From a virus, in the IMG/VR virus record IMGVR_UViG_3300032246_001180, positions 32,001 through 96,000 of that record: a DNA stretch of 64,000 nucleotides; one strand, written 5' to 3'. The notes under the pieces are model-generated. The model ran no database searches. It was given only the letters and a program-made list of their open reading frames with translations, and was not told the origin of the DNA. Position numbers and translations under genes: made by a program. Each line of letters begins with the position of its first letter. Within the stretch, counting starts at the first letter, position 1. Shown here piece after piece: positions 35,742 through 45,996 of the stretch.

Positions 35742-37145
35742 ATGTTTGTAAAAAATAATAAACTAGCCTCTATAGCATCTGCTGTCAGCGAAGTTATGGA
35801 AGCATCACCAGTAAAAATCCAAACTCCAACAGGAACAAGAGTTCTTGGTACACGTTATGGAAATTCTGCTAAAGCACACCATGACCAAGTAGCTGATCCG
35901 TTTGCTGGTCATAAAGGTCCTGCTAAGAAAGATTTAGAAGACATCGAGAAACCAAAGAAAAAACAAGAGAGTTTTTCTGCTTTCACAAACAAATTACTCA
36001 ATAATTTACAAGAAGATAAAAAAATTCAAAAACAAATTGATGAAGTTCTTAAAAAAGACGCATCAGCTGGCGATTGGATTCACGATTTTGTACATTCGGA
36101 CAATCCTAAATTTGCAGGTAAATCTAAAGCTGAACGCAAGAAAATGGCTCTTGGTGCTTATTATGCGAAACAAAATGAAGAAGCTGATGCTGATTTAGAT
36201 TTGAAAAATAGAAAAGACGAAAGAGAAGAAACCAATGCTATAAAGTCCATCAAAGCTAAAGCAACAGAAAAAGACCAAAAGATTGATAACTTTGATCCAA
36301 AATATGGCAAACCAAATGCCTTTGGCGAAGAAGTTGAACAACAAGACGAAGCTTTGATTGGCAATCAGAAAAAAATTGATAAGAACCATAATAACAAAAT
36401 TGATGCACAAGATTTTAAAATTCTTCGTGGTAAAAAGAAAGCAAATGAAGAAATAGAACAAGCCGATGAAGCTGTTCGTGTTTTTGACATTTCTAAGTCA
36501 GCTGCTGGTGTAAAACCAAAAACTCCTGAGGACCGCAACAAAGCTGCTGCTGTGGTCAAAGCTGCAAGAGCAAACAAACCAACAAACAATTATACTGGTA
36601 AATCTATTATTGGTGCTGGTTCAGTTGGCACAGGTCAACGTCAAGCTGGACAAACAGCATCACATATTGCTGTTAAAGAAGAAGAAGAATTGGACGAATC
36701 AGTAACAAGAAAACATTTCCAACAAGTTGCTGATTTAATTAAGACACATGATAATTCAGCAAAGCGTAAAGAATTAGCAAGCCATCATGCTGAAATTTTC
36801 AAACAACAGAATCCTCGTTTTGACCATGCCAAGTTTATGAAAGCTTGTAATGTAAATGAAGAAACTGTTGGTGAAACTTTAAATCCTGCAAAAAAAACTA
36901 TCGATACATTGGCTGGTCGTAGCAAAAAAGTTCCAAAAGATGCACAGATGGATAATGGCCATGCTTCTGCAAAAACAGAATTAAAAGTTGAAGAAAAAGA
37001 TGTTCCATTTGATGGACCATATACAAAAAAAACACCAGATTCGATTAAAGATAAATCTGGTGCAACGCACACACCTATGTCCCGTGCCAAACATTTAGCT
37101 CAAACAGCACTCAAAAAAATCAAAAGTGATTTGAAAGTTAAGTGA
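35742..37145 (+). CDS. Lys/Glu-rich modular hypothetical protein (probably virion-internal)
   Basis: modules separated by xxE/EE motifs; DKNHNNKIDAQDF. Confidence 0.7.
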   Translation: MFVKNNKLASIASAVSEVMEASPVKIQTPTGTRVLGTRYGNSAKAHHDQVADPFAGHKGPAKKDLEDIEKPKKKQESFSAFTNKLLNNLQEDKKIQKQIDEVLKKDASAGDWIHDFVHSDNPKFAGKSKAERKKMALGAYYAKQNEEADADLDLKNRKDEREETNAIKSIKAKATEKDQKIDNFDPKYGKPNAFGEEVEQQDEALIGNQKKIDKNHNNKIDAQDFKILRGKKKANEEIEQADEAVRVFDISKSAAGVKPKTPEDRNKAAAVVKAARANKPTNNYTGKSIIGAGSVGTGQRQAGQTASHIAVKEEEELDESVTRKHFQQVADLIKTHDNSAKRKELASHHAEIFKQQNPRFDHAKFMKACNVNEETVGETLNPAKKTIDTLAGRSKKVPKDAQMDNGHASAKTELKVEEKDVPFDGPYTKKTPDSIKDKSGATHTPMSRAKHLAQTALKKIKSDLKVK

Positions 37146-37146
37146 G

Positions 37147-38160
37147 ATGGAAACTTCTAAAAAATTAAAGCAGTTAATTAAACCTAACATTAATGAAGGT
37201 GCTCTAGAACAGTACCTTATGGCGAAAGGTATCAATCCAAAGTTTGTTTCTACACAAACTAAGATATCTCATGCTAAGTCATCTGCTTTTATAAAGTGGA
37301 AGCAAGACCACATGATGGAATCAACAGACAAGAAAGATACAGTAGTCTTAGATATTCCATTATTGATTCGTGTATTAGAATTGGCCAGAGAAGATATCAA
37401 AACGGATATGGACTTACACCGTGTGGTTGAGAAACTAATCTCAATACGCACCAAAGGTGTTTTGACTATGGATGATTATAATACGATTGCCAATATCAAA
37501 GAGAATCACATTGCAATCGCTATGGGTAAGATGCTTGATGATGAAGGCAGCATGATTCTTGACCAGATGGACCAATTAGAACGTGCAATCACAATGATTC
37601 GTACTTATGTTGGTAAAGACTATGAGAAACAATTGCCTGCATGGGTTCAGTCTAAGATAACACTTGCAACAGATTATGTCGATACTGTTGGTAACTATTT
37701 GTCCAGTAAAAATGAAGAAGTAGTTTCAGAAGTTAGTTCTGAACTATTAGACCGTTACAAAGAAAAAGCTAAGAAGTCTGCTGATGAGTTAACATCTAAA
37801 GGTCAACATAAGAAGTCCACAGACCGTTGGATGGGTGTTATGAAAGCGACCGGTAAACAAATTGAAAAGACTACTGCAAATATTAAAAAAACTTTAGGTA
37901 AAGAAGAAGTGGTTTATGAAACCAAAAAAGATGATGGTTATACAAAATCAGCAAGAATGATTAAAGCCATATATGGAAAGTTACCTAAAACAAAAACTTT
38001 AGATACAAAAAACAACGTGGGCGATAAAGCTCAAGCGGCAGCCGTTCTTACTGGTGGCAAAACATTAACAGGTCAAACTAGAGATACTTTAGAAATTGAT
38101 CCTGTAATGCGTAAAGGTGACCCGTTAGAACTTCAAAAACAACAGAAAAAATTAAGATAA
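37147..38160 (+). CDS. modular hypothetical protein (probably virion-internal)
   Basis: LPAWVQSKITLA module, EE boundaries. Confidence 0.7.
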   Translation: METSKKLKQLIKPNINEGALEQYLMAKGINPKFVSTQTKISHAKSSAFIKWKQDHMMESTDKKDTVVLDIPLLIRVLELAREDIKTDMDLHRVVEKLISIRTKGVLTMDDYNTIANIKENHIAIAMGKMLDDEGSMILDQMDQLERAITMIRTYVGKDYEKQLPAWVQSKITLATDYVDTVGNYLSSKNEEVVSEVSSELLDRYKEKAKKSADELTSKGQHKKSTDRWMGVMKATGKQIEKTTANIKKTLGKEEVVYETKKDDGYTKSARMIKAIYGKLPKTKTLDTKNNVGDKAQAAAVLTGGKTLTGQTRDTLEIDPVMRKGDPLELQKQQKKLR

Positions 38161-38197
38161 ATAGATACATAACCCGAGGTTAATCAAGGAGAACAAA

Positions 38198-38851
38198 ATG
38201 CCATTATGGGGAAACACAGACGCAGCGAACAACAAGCCACACTTCTCAAATCTAAGAGAAGTTACGCCAGTTGCTTCGTTCATCACAGCTAATGCAACTG
38301 CCATTGGTGCAAACGGTATCACGTTTACATCCAATGCAAACTTTTCAGTTCTAGCAGCTGGAATGTTTGTTTATTCAAACGATGCTAATAACGCTATTTC
38401 TAGGTCTAATAAAGATTTAAGTGTTATTGACGGAAATGAAATGAGTTTTTGGAAATCAAATAATACAATTACTCAAATCGATACCGCAAACTCAAAGATT
38501 TTAATTAGAAACAATGCAATGTTTACTTTAGCTACTGGTTCAACAGTTGCTGTAGGTAATGCCATTTCTTATCATACCAACACAATCGCAGTTAATGCTG
38601 CGAACGATGTTATCTTGGTAACTGCAACTCGTATGGCCAATACATCAGGTACAACTGGTGCGGGCGGTTCAAACGTTGCTAATACTAAATTAGGTGCCAT
38701 AAATCAAGGTTGGAATAGAATCACTCGTAAGATTAATTCTGATGGTACTATTCGTTTCTTAAAAGAAACTTTAGTTGCTCTCGCTAACGTACAAGCTTCT
38801 AACACTAGTTCCGCTAACACTTCGGCTAATGCTATTTTTGGTGGCGTATAA
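38198..38851 (+). CDS. Asn/Ala/Thr-rich putative virion structural protein
   Basis: MPLWG start, KETLVAL; GATAAATA late-like promoter 38156-63. Confidence 0.65.
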   Translation: MPLWGNTDAANNKPHFSNLREVTPVASFITANATAIGANGITFTSNANFSVLAAGMFVYSNDANNAISRSNKDLSVIDGNEMSFWKSNNTITQIDTANSKILIRNNAMFTLATGSTVAVGNAISYHTNTIAVNAANDVILVTATRMANTSGTTGAGGSNVANTKLGAINQGWNRITRKINSDGTIRFLKETLVALANVQASNTSSANTSANAIFGGV

Positions 38852-38876
38852 GTATAGTTAGTTGCTGACGTAAACC

Positions 38877-38948
38877 GACCTTGCGGACAAACTATCCAGG
38901 GAATTCATAATCCCATATGGCGACTGGATACAAACCCGCAAGGTTTTT
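38877..38948 (+). terminator. long branched hairpin with T-tail (terminator or structured RNA)
   Basis: accttgcgg/ccgcaaggt, tatccag/ctggata, ggga/tccc. Confidence 0.6.
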
Positions 38949-38975
38949 GTTTTTATAGGATTGAATAATAAAAAA

Positions 38976-39365
38976 ATGATATTTGATGAATTGAATGAAG
39001 ATAATTTCATGATATATGCAATGAAGTGCTATAACTCGCCTCATTGTATTATGTCAGAATTTGAAAGCGATATTAAAAGAACTAAGTATCTAAAACGATT
39101 ATTTCGTAGGTACAAAATAACTAAATCTTTGAAAGAAAGATTGATATTGAATCACATCATTTTATTAAATAATGTTTTTGGACCGGTGCATACACCGAGA
39201 ATATTATTTTATAAAACTGATGAGAGGGATTACGATATACTGAAAACGTTTTTATCGTATCTTAATATTATGCCAGATGAAGTTAAAGGAATCAGGGGTA
39301 AAAATCTTCATATCTCTGATATACCGTTAGAACCTAATGTTGTAGAGATATTAAGACGTATATGA
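38976..39365 (+). CDS. conserved T4-like hypothetical protein
   Basis: LNEDNF..YAMK.Y, ERLILNHII. Confidence 0.75.
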   Translation: MIFDELNEDNFMIYAMKCYNSPHCIMSEFESDIKRTKYLKRLFRRYKITKSLKERLILNHIILLNNVFGPVHTPRILFYKTDERDYDILKTFLSYLNIMPDEVKGIRGKNLHISDIPLEPNVVEILRRI

Positions 39366-39805
39366 AAACTTTTAAAAAATTCTTAGAAGAAAATTGTTGT
39401 TGTGTTACCGCTTTGGAAAAAGGTTTAAAGAAGTTAGATAATCACGACTATGATTCAATTAATAAATTGATGATGAGTATTTCTAAAAAAAATAACATTA
39501 CAGGTAAAGAATTACACGATGATTTCGTGGCCAAACACGGAAAAACTCCAGATGATTGGATTAAACAAGGTTTAAAAGAAGATTTAAGAAAATGGTTTAA
39601 ACAAAAGTGGGTTCGTATGGACACCAAAGGTAATATTAAAGGTGATTGTGCTAGAGAACCTGGTGAAGGTAAACCAAAGTGTTTACCTCAAGCAAAAGCT
39701 CATGCAATTGGTAAAGATGCTCGTGCTTCTGCTGCTCGGAGAAAACGCAGGGAAGATCCAAATCCAGAACGTCATGGTGCACCAATCAATGTCAGGACAA
39801 AATAA
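39362..39805 (+). CDS. hypothetical protein with capsid-targeting-like N-terminus
   Basis: MKTFKKFLEE. Confidence 0.7.
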   Translation: MKTFKKFLEENCCCVTALEKGLKKLDNHDYDSINKLMMSISKKNNITGKELHDDFVAKHGKTPDDWIKQGLKEDLRKWFKQKWVRMDTKGNIKGDCAREPGEGKPKCLPQAKAHAIGKDARASAARRKRREDPNPERHGAPINVRTK

Positions 39806-39806
39806 T

Positions 39807-40388
39807 ATGAAAACACTAAAACAATTTAAAGAAGAAGTTGAAAATTTAGAAGAAAAAAATGTTCCTACTAGTCCAGAAAAATGGGCTGCTGCAAAAGCCG
39901 CAGCTAAATCAAAATTTGCTGTATATCCTTCTGCCTATGCAAATGGCTGGGCATCTAAGAAATATAAAGCAATGGGTGGTGGTTGGAAAAGTGTTAGTGA
40001 AGAACTTGAAGAATTGTTTGATATCATTGAAGAAATGGTTGAAGAATCTGCACTAAAACATAATGTTGATCCAGAATCAATTTGGAAAGAACTTGAACAA
40101 GTATCAGACGAAGAATTATATGAGTCTGCTGCATGGCAAAGAGCAGCAGGTAAAGACCCTAAAGGCGGCCTAAATCGTAAAGGTATTGCCTCATATCGTG
40201 CAGAACATCCTGGTTCCAAACTGTCCATGGCAGTTACAACAAAACCGTCTAAATTAAAACCCGGATCGAAGGCAGCTAAACGTAGAAAATCTTTCTGTGC
40301 TCGTATGGGTGGCATGGAAGGACCTATGAAAAAACCAAATGGTAAACCAACTCGTAAAGCATTAGCTTTAAGAAAATGGAATTGTTAA
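39807..40388 (+). CDS. basic hypothetical protein with capsid-targeting-like N-terminus
   Basis: MKTLKQFKEE; RRKSFCARM...KWNC. Confidence 0.7.
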   Translation: MKTLKQFKEEVENLEEKNVPTSPEKWAAAKAAAKSKFAVYPSAYANGWASKKYKAMGGGWKSVSEELEELFDIIEEMVEESALKHNVDPESIWKELEQVSDEELYESAAWQRAAGKDPKGGLNRKGIASYRAEHPGSKLSMAVTTKPSKLKPGSKAAKRRKSFCARMGGMEGPMKKPNGKPTRKALALRKWNC

Positions 40389-40624
40389 TGAAAACACTAA
40401 AACAATTTAAAGAATCGTGCTGGCCTGGATATAAACGTAAAAAAGGCACACAAGAATTTGCAAAAGGTAGTTGTGTTAAAGAAGATGGTGCTGTTGCAGG
40501 TCCCACTAACGCTGTTGGTGGTGGCGCAATTGCTGGATCTGGTGGCCGTGGTGGAGAACCAGGTGTTAGTAAAAAAAGAACACCTATAATGTTATCTATG
40601 GCTAAAAGAAAACCTCCTCAATAA
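40388..40624 (+). CDS. small hypothetical protein with capsid-targeting-like N-terminus
   Basis: MKTLKQFKE, CWPGY. Confidence 0.65.
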   Translation: MKTLKQFKESCWPGYKRKKGTQEFAKGSCVKEDGAVAGPTNAVGGGAIAGSGGRGGEPGVSKKRTPIMLSMAKRKPPQ

Positions 40625-40632
40625 AATTCTAA

Positions 40633-41439
40633 ATGATTAATATTAGTGGTTTGAACATTTCAGGCGGAATTAATTTTGTTTTAGACTCTCCTGATGGTTT
40701 AACATCCAGTCGAGCAGCTACCTCAGCATATGCAATTAAACAGGCATATCCTAATTCTGCAAGTGGTTTGTATTGGATTCAAAACGCAAACATAAACTCT
40801 GGTAATCCAGTTCAGGTATATTGTGATATGACCACACTTGGTGGTGGTTGGACTCTCATCATGCAGAACAACTATGGTGATTGGACATTCAGTAATGCTC
40901 TATTGAGAAATCAAACATCCGCACCTAGTTCTCTTGCCGCTGAATATGTTTCTGGTAGTGCGGGTAGTAATGGAAATTATAGTATTATTGGTTGGGCAGA
41001 TTATATTAAGAAATCATCAAGTGGTTTCGATTATATGATGGATGCAGGATATCGTGGTCGTAATGGCGGTGCATGGACTGCCAATCAACCATACAGTTTT
41101 GTTGGCCAATACGATAACTCATCATTTGGTACAGATGTGGTTGCTGGTAGCGATGGTTTCAGACAGAATATAACATTACTTTCATCATTCTATACTGGCC
41201 AAACTGGTACCGGCACTTGGTCTTATAACGATAATGGTTTAGAGAAACGAATGCCATGGTATGCAAATAATGGCGCAAACGCAACTGTTGTTGGTGGTGC
41301 TATTTTTACTACAACACACAATGATAGTGGTTCATGGTGGGGAACATTGATGAGTATTGGTGGCGGTTGGGATCCTGCACCTTGGCAATCTGAAACTGGT
41401 TGGGGTTATCCAAAAGTTATTTGGTATTGGGTAAGATAA
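40633..41439 (+). CDS. fibrinogen C-terminal-like domain protein
   Basis: SGLYWI, VYCDMTT.GGGWTL. Confidence 0.75.
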   Translation: MINISGLNISGGINFVLDSPDGLTSSRAATSAYAIKQAYPNSASGLYWIQNANINSGNPVQVYCDMTTLGGGWTLIMQNNYGDWTFSNALLRNQTSAPSSLAAEYVSGSAGSNGNYSIIGWADYIKKSSSGFDYMMDAGYRGRNGGAWTANQPYSFVGQYDNSSFGTDVVAGSDGFRQNITLLSSFYTGQTGTGTWSYNDNGLEKRMPWYANNGANATVVGGAIFTTTHNDSGSWWGTLMSIGGGWDPAPWQSETGWGYPKVIWYWVR

Positions 41440-41463
41440 TTAATTTAATAGGAAACAAACATA

Positions 41464-41940
41464 ATGTGGATGTTATCGTTTATACCTGATTCTCTTATAA
41501 CTCTTATTGTACATCTAATATTTACAATCGGAGTTATTGGTTTTTTCATTGGTTCTTTTGCTTCAAAGTTTCCATTCATAAGTACATATGGCAACATTAT
41601 AAAGATTGTTGCAGGCATTCTATTGATTGCAGGTCTTTATCTTGAAGGTGGTATTGGTGTGGAACAAGAATGGCGAAGTAGAGTTACAGAACTACAAGAT
41701 AAAATAGAAGTTGCACAAAAAGAATCCAAAAAAGAAAATATAGTAATAAGAGAAAAGGTTGTTGAGAAAGTTAGAATTATTAAGGAAAAATCAGATGAAA
41801 TTAGAACAGTTATTGAAACAAAGCGTGATGCTATTAATGCTGAGTGCAAGTTGTCTGATGATGCATGGGTGCTCTACAACCGTGCCACTCAAAATGCCGT
41901 TTCCGGAAGTACCGGAAAATCTGATGGAAAAGTCGAATAA
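41464..41940 (+). CDS. i-spanin (Rz-like)
   Basis: N-terminal TMs, coiled coil, C-terminal Cys; overlapped by lipoprotein. Confidence 0.65.
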   Translation: MWMLSFIPDSLITLIVHLIFTIGVIGFFIGSFASKFPFISTYGNIIKIVAGILLIAGLYLEGGIGVEQEWRSRVTELQDKIEVAQKESKKENIVIREKVVEKVRIIKEKSDEIRTVIETKRDAINAECKLSDDAWVLYNRATQNAVSGSTGKSDGKVE

Positions 41941-42094
41941 TTTAAAACCTTTACCTGAAGATAAAAAAACATTAGTAGATTTGATTGAAAACGCAAACGA
42001 TAATTTTACAACATATTACATACTAAAAGAAAAATATGATGCGTGGCAAGAATGGTATAAAATGCAACGTAGAATACATGGAAGTGTAAAATGA
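41795..42094 (+). CDS. o-spanin (Rz1-like lipoprotein)
   Basis: signal peptide plus MHG-C lipobox, FPEVP.LM. Confidence 0.65.
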   Translation: MKLEQLLKQSVMLLMLSASCLMMHGCSTTVPLKMPFPEVPENLMEKSNNLKPLPEDKKTLVDLIENANDNFTTYYILKEKYDAWQEWYKMQRRIHGSVK

Positions 42095-42465
42095 AAAAAC
42101 TATTATTATTTGTTTTAGTTTTACAATTAACGGGTTGTGCATTGGTTGAAAAACTATGGGTAGCGAATTACGATACAAATGAATATGCACTCGTTACAAA
42201 AGTTCGCACTTTAGCACAATCTGCCAAATCCTGTGATGAACAAACAGTCAAAGAATTGTATGTTACTTCTTTAGAATTGAAAAACTTTTCTGAATATATA
42301 CCTAGAAACAAAGCAACATTAGACCTTACTAGTCATCTATTTGTAATAGTGGAAGAATTAAATAAAAAAGAAAGTCCAAGTCCATCTTATTGTAAAGCTA
42401 AACTAAATACCATTGTTAGATCCGCTGAAACTATTCAACAAGTGGTGGGGAATAAACCTAGATGA
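42091..42465 (+). CDS. lipoprotein
   Basis: LTG-C lipobox. Confidence 0.7.
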   Translation: MKKLLLFVLVLQLTGCALVEKLWVANYDTNEYALVTKVRTLAQSAKSCDEQTVKELYVTSLELKNFSEYIPRNKATLDLTSHLFVIVEELNKKESPSPSYCKAKLNTIVRSAETIQQVVGNKPR

Positions 42466-42674
42466 GCCAATTACAAGAAATTGCTTTTTTAGCAGAACAA
42501 TATAAACAACAATACGAAACCGGTCAACTGTCAGCCTCTGAATTTAAAGAACTAATTGAAGATTTAAACATCATGGGTCATATTGAACAAGGTGCAGCAG
42601 AGTTGCATCAAAATGAAGAATATTATAAAATTTTAGTGGGGATTGTCCAGTTGGCTAGTTCATTACCAGTATAA
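42462..42674 (+). CDS. hypothetical protein
   Basis: coupled ORF. Confidence 0.6.
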   Translation: MSQLQEIAFLAEQYKQQYETGQLSASEFKELIEDLNIMGHIEQGAAELHQNEEYYKILVGIVQLASSLPV

Positions 42675-42683
42675 GGAATTAAA

Positions 42684-43286
42684 ATGACACTAGAACAATT
42701 TAAAGCGATATTAGGAAACAATCCATATGCAGACCACTGGTATGATGCATTAAGTAAGTTGTTACCTGATTATGAAATCAATACACCTCAACGAATTGCA
42801 TCATTCTTAGCTCAATGTGGCCATGAATCAGCAAACTTCACCGCACTACAGGAAAATCTAAACTATAAAGCCGAATCTCTATCGAGAGTTTGGCCAAGAT
42901 ATTTTCCAGCAGATGTAGCTGCACAATACGCACACAAACCAGAAGCTATCGCCAACCGTGCATACGCCAATCGTATGGGTAACGGAGATGAATCATCAGG
43001 TGATGGATGGAGATATTGTGGACGTGGTTTAATCCAGTTAACAGGTAAATCAAACTATCAAGCATTTGCTGATAGTTTAGAAATGAATGTTGAAGATGTT
43101 CCTGCTTACCTCGGAACATTTGAAGGCGCAGCACAGTCTGCTTGTTGGTTTTGGGAAAATAATAACCTGAACCGATTCGCTGATGCTGGCGACATTAAAG
43201 GTATGACTAAAGTAATCAATGGTGGTTATCTTGGTTTGGAAGACCGTGAAAAACATTATCATCACGCATTGGATATACTCTCTTAA
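42684..43286 (+). CDS. GH19-family endolysin
   Basis: FLAQCGHES, ENLNY, GRGLIQLTGKSNY, INGG..GL.DR. Confidence 0.92.
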   Translation: MTLEQFKAILGNNPYADHWYDALSKLLPDYEINTPQRIASFLAQCGHESANFTALQENLNYKAESLSRVWPRYFPADVAAQYAHKPEAIANRAYANRMGNGDESSGDGWRYCGRGLIQLTGKSNYQAFADSLEMNVEDVPAYLGTFEGAAQSACWFWENNNLNRFADAGDIKGMTKVINGGYLGLEDREKHYHHALDILS

Positions 43287-43294
43287 TATAAATA
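43287..43294 (+). promoter_or_regulatory. T4 late-type promoter
   Basis: TATAAATA. Confidence 0.7.
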
Positions 43295-43367
43295 TAGAAT
43301 TTGAATTGCATCAATGTTGTAGTCTTTGAAGTTCATAATGTAAGAAAACTTTAAAGGAACAATAAAA

Positions 43368-43850
43368 ATGTATTCAAGAACCATCAGCAAAGTAATTGCT
43401 GTATTGTTATTATCTTCTTCAGTTGTTTTTGCGGCCGATCCAATCGTTACCGATTCAACCTCAAGAAGCACAACAGATTCTAATTCTACTAGCACCACTA
43501 CAGTAAAATCTCCACCTCCAACTGCGGTTGCTCCAGCGGTTACAGTTATCAATTCGGATGTTTGTGCTGTAGCTGCATCTGGTGCAGCTCAAACACAAAT
43601 TCTTGGTATTTCATTTGGAACTACCATGACAGACGCCAATTGTGAAAGATTAAAACTTGCTCGTGGTATCTACGACATGGGTATGAAAGTTGCAGCTGTT
43701 GCCATCATGTGCCAAGACGAAAGAGTATTCTCCGCTATGATGAACGCAGGCACACCATGTCCAGTAGATGGTAAGATTGGTGAATCTGCAAAAGAAATTT
43801 GGGCTGCGGATCCAAAAAGACAACCACAAAAAGTTAAAAGCAAGGACTAA
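43368..43850 (+). CDS. secreted Cys-containing hypothetical protein
   Basis: signal peptide, SPPPTAVAP, 4 Cys. Confidence 0.75.
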   Translation: MYSRTISKVIAVLLLSSSVVFAADPIVTDSTSRSTTDSNSTSTTTVKSPPPTAVAPAVTVINSDVCAVAASGAAQTQILGISFGTTMTDANCERLKLARGIYDMGMKVAAVAIMCQDERVFSAMMNAGTPCPVDGKIGESAKEIWAADPKRQPQKVKSKD

Positions 43851-43853
43851 CCA

Positions 43854-45995
43854 ATGAATTTGGTTTCTGTTTTTGTTGCTATTATTTTGATGGCAGGTCT
43901 TGGCACCTGCTCAGTCAAAGCACAAACTCCAATCGTATCAAATAATATTTTGATGCCAACTGTTAATGCATGGTCCGGTTCAGTCGCAGGACAAAATGGT
44001 GGATACTCTGGTGGTGGTAATGGACCAGCATTTAACGCTGGAACAAATACTCTAATCTTTGGATACACAACTGCAACAGCAACACAAAGAATAACTGCTG
44101 AAGCATTTGCACTTCAACACGCATTAGACTTATCAAACTCCGGTATTAAAATTAATGGATATAATTATTCTTGGAAAATTGATAACTCTGGCCAACAGGC
44201 AGGAACATTGACCGGTAAAGTTGAGATGTTAAGGGGTGGTAATGCTCTTCAATCATATACTTACAATTATAATGCAACAACTGATGGGTTCGAATTAAAG
44301 ACTGGTACTGAAACATTCACTAATCCACAAAGTTTACTTGCTGCAGATTCAATTGCTTTATCATTTACAGGTAAAGACAACAGATTTTGGGCAGGTTATT
44401 ATGGTCCAAGAGTTCGTGAACCATCTCTCACCTTAAACTATACAACTGATCCGTGTATGAGTAATCCAGCATACTCATCATCTTGTGCTGGGTTCAATGA
44501 TATTCTTACTAGCAGAAGAATGTATGCAGAAAGTTATGCTATCAATCAAGCATTAGACTTAGTTGGTGCTGGATTAAAAATCCATGGTTTGAATTATGGA
44601 TATGACTATGTTCTTGGTGGAACATGGTGCTCAGTTGCTGGTACAAATACAGATGGAACACTTGGTTGTTCTGTAATGTCGCCATCATCACTTCAAGTGG
44701 GTGTTGCTGTAACAAAAAATGACGGAACTGTTTTATATTCTAATTTGCATACGCATACAGAACAGAACACATTCGCTTCAATGTCTTATTCTAAAATATT
44801 TGACAAATCTTTATTGTTAGGTGATATGGGTGGTTATGCTATGGAAGATAGAGTGAATGGTACTGGCGCAGTTTTTAATAAGTTTAGTAGTTGGCAATAT
44901 ACACCAGATCCATGTGTAGTTAATCCACTATCATCACAATCTTGTCCAGGTTATGCTGCAGCTTATCAAACACAACAATGTACAGCAAATATATTTTATA
45001 ACTCTGCGTGTCCAGGTTATGCTGAAGCAATGTTTACTAGACAATGCACAGCGAATCCACTTTCGGATCCTTCTTGCCCAAGTTATGCATCAGCATACCT
45101 AACTTATCAATGTTCTATTAATCCTCTTTATAGTACAACGTGTCCAGGTTACGAACAAGCTTATCTAGATTCTCAATGTATTAAAGATTCTTTATATTCT
45201 CCAAAATGCGAAGGTTATAAAACAGCTTACGCTATTAAATATTTGGTAACAGGAATCGATTCAACAGTAGTAAATCAATCACTATCAAATACTGCGGCCA
45301 CTAAAGCTAATGACCCAACTACTGTAAAGGTTGCGACTAACACCGCATCAACAACAGTTAATACTGATGGTACAGTTTCAACTGGCGTATCTGCAACAGG
45401 AGATACAAACGTAGATAAAGCAATTGCTGCTAAATCATCAACAACCAATACTACACCAGCAGCAGTTCAATTATCATCACCTCCACCTCCAGCATCCCAA
45501 CAGATGGCTCAGAACGAAATAAAAGGTGGCGATAATAAACCTGAACCAAAAGGTGATAACAAACAAGAGGATAGAAAAGATGATGCTCCGAAAGGCAATG
45601 GAGGCAATCCTCCGCCACCGAATACTAATACTGCTCAAGCTTCATCTGATAGACCGACAGCACCAACTGCAAGACAAGAAATTCAAGCAAGACGGGAAGC
45701 TGCAGCAAAAGCAGATGCCGTAGAAAAGGGTAAAAACCTTGCTGGTGAAATGGGTAAAGCATCTGATATGGAAGCACAAAAAGCAGTTCAGAATGTTGTA
45801 ATTCAAGCGATGGGATTTACACCTGGATTTGATGCATATAGTAGACAGATGATAGTTCAACAACAATTTTATCCTGTTGCATCAGTATACAACAATCAAA
45901 AAAATATTGATAATCGTGCTAATTTAAGAATGTTTGGTGGCACAGATAGACTACACAATGACATGGTAGAATTACAATACAATAAAGGAAATTAA
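43854..45995 (+). CDS. large secreted protein with Cys-rich repeats
   Basis: signal peptide; six C..NP....CPGY-type repeats. Confidence 0.75.
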   Translation: MNLVSVFVAIILMAGLGTCSVKAQTPIVSNNILMPTVNAWSGSVAGQNGGYSGGGNGPAFNAGTNTLIFGYTTATATQRITAEAFALQHALDLSNSGIKINGYNYSWKIDNSGQQAGTLTGKVEMLRGGNALQSYTYNYNATTDGFELKTGTETFTNPQSLLAADSIALSFTGKDNRFWAGYYGPRVREPSLTLNYTTDPCMSNPAYSSSCAGFNDILTSRRMYAESYAINQALDLVGAGLKIHGLNYGYDYVLGGTWCSVAGTNTDGTLGCSVMSPSSLQVGVAVTKNDGTVLYSNLHTHTEQNTFASMSYSKIFDKSLLLGDMGGYAMEDRVNGTGAVFNKFSSWQYTPDPCVVNPLSSQSCPGYAAAYQTQQCTANIFYNSACPGYAEAMFTRQCTANPLSDPSCPSYASAYLTYQCSINPLYSTTCPGYEQAYLDSQCIKDSLYSPKCEGYKTAYAIKYLVTGIDSTVVNQSLSNTAATKANDPTTVKVATNTASTTVNTDGTVSTGVSATGDTNVDKAIAAKSSTTNTTPAAVQLSSPPPPASQQMAQNEIKGGDNKPEPKGDNKQEDRKDDAPKGNGGNPPPPNTNTAQASSDRPTAPTARQEIQARREAAAKADAVEKGKNLAGEMGKASDMEAQKAVQNVVIQAMGFTPGFDAYSRQMIVQQQFYPVASVYNNQKNIDNRANLRMFGGTDRLHNDMVELQYNKGN

Positions 45996-45996
45996 A

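Noticed and set aside
5826-38948. Known self-cleaving ribozymes (hammerhead, twister, HDV/theta) in the structured elements
   Set aside because: Catalytic consensus motifs (e.g. CUGANGA/GAAA) not found by eye; an Rfam scan is still needed
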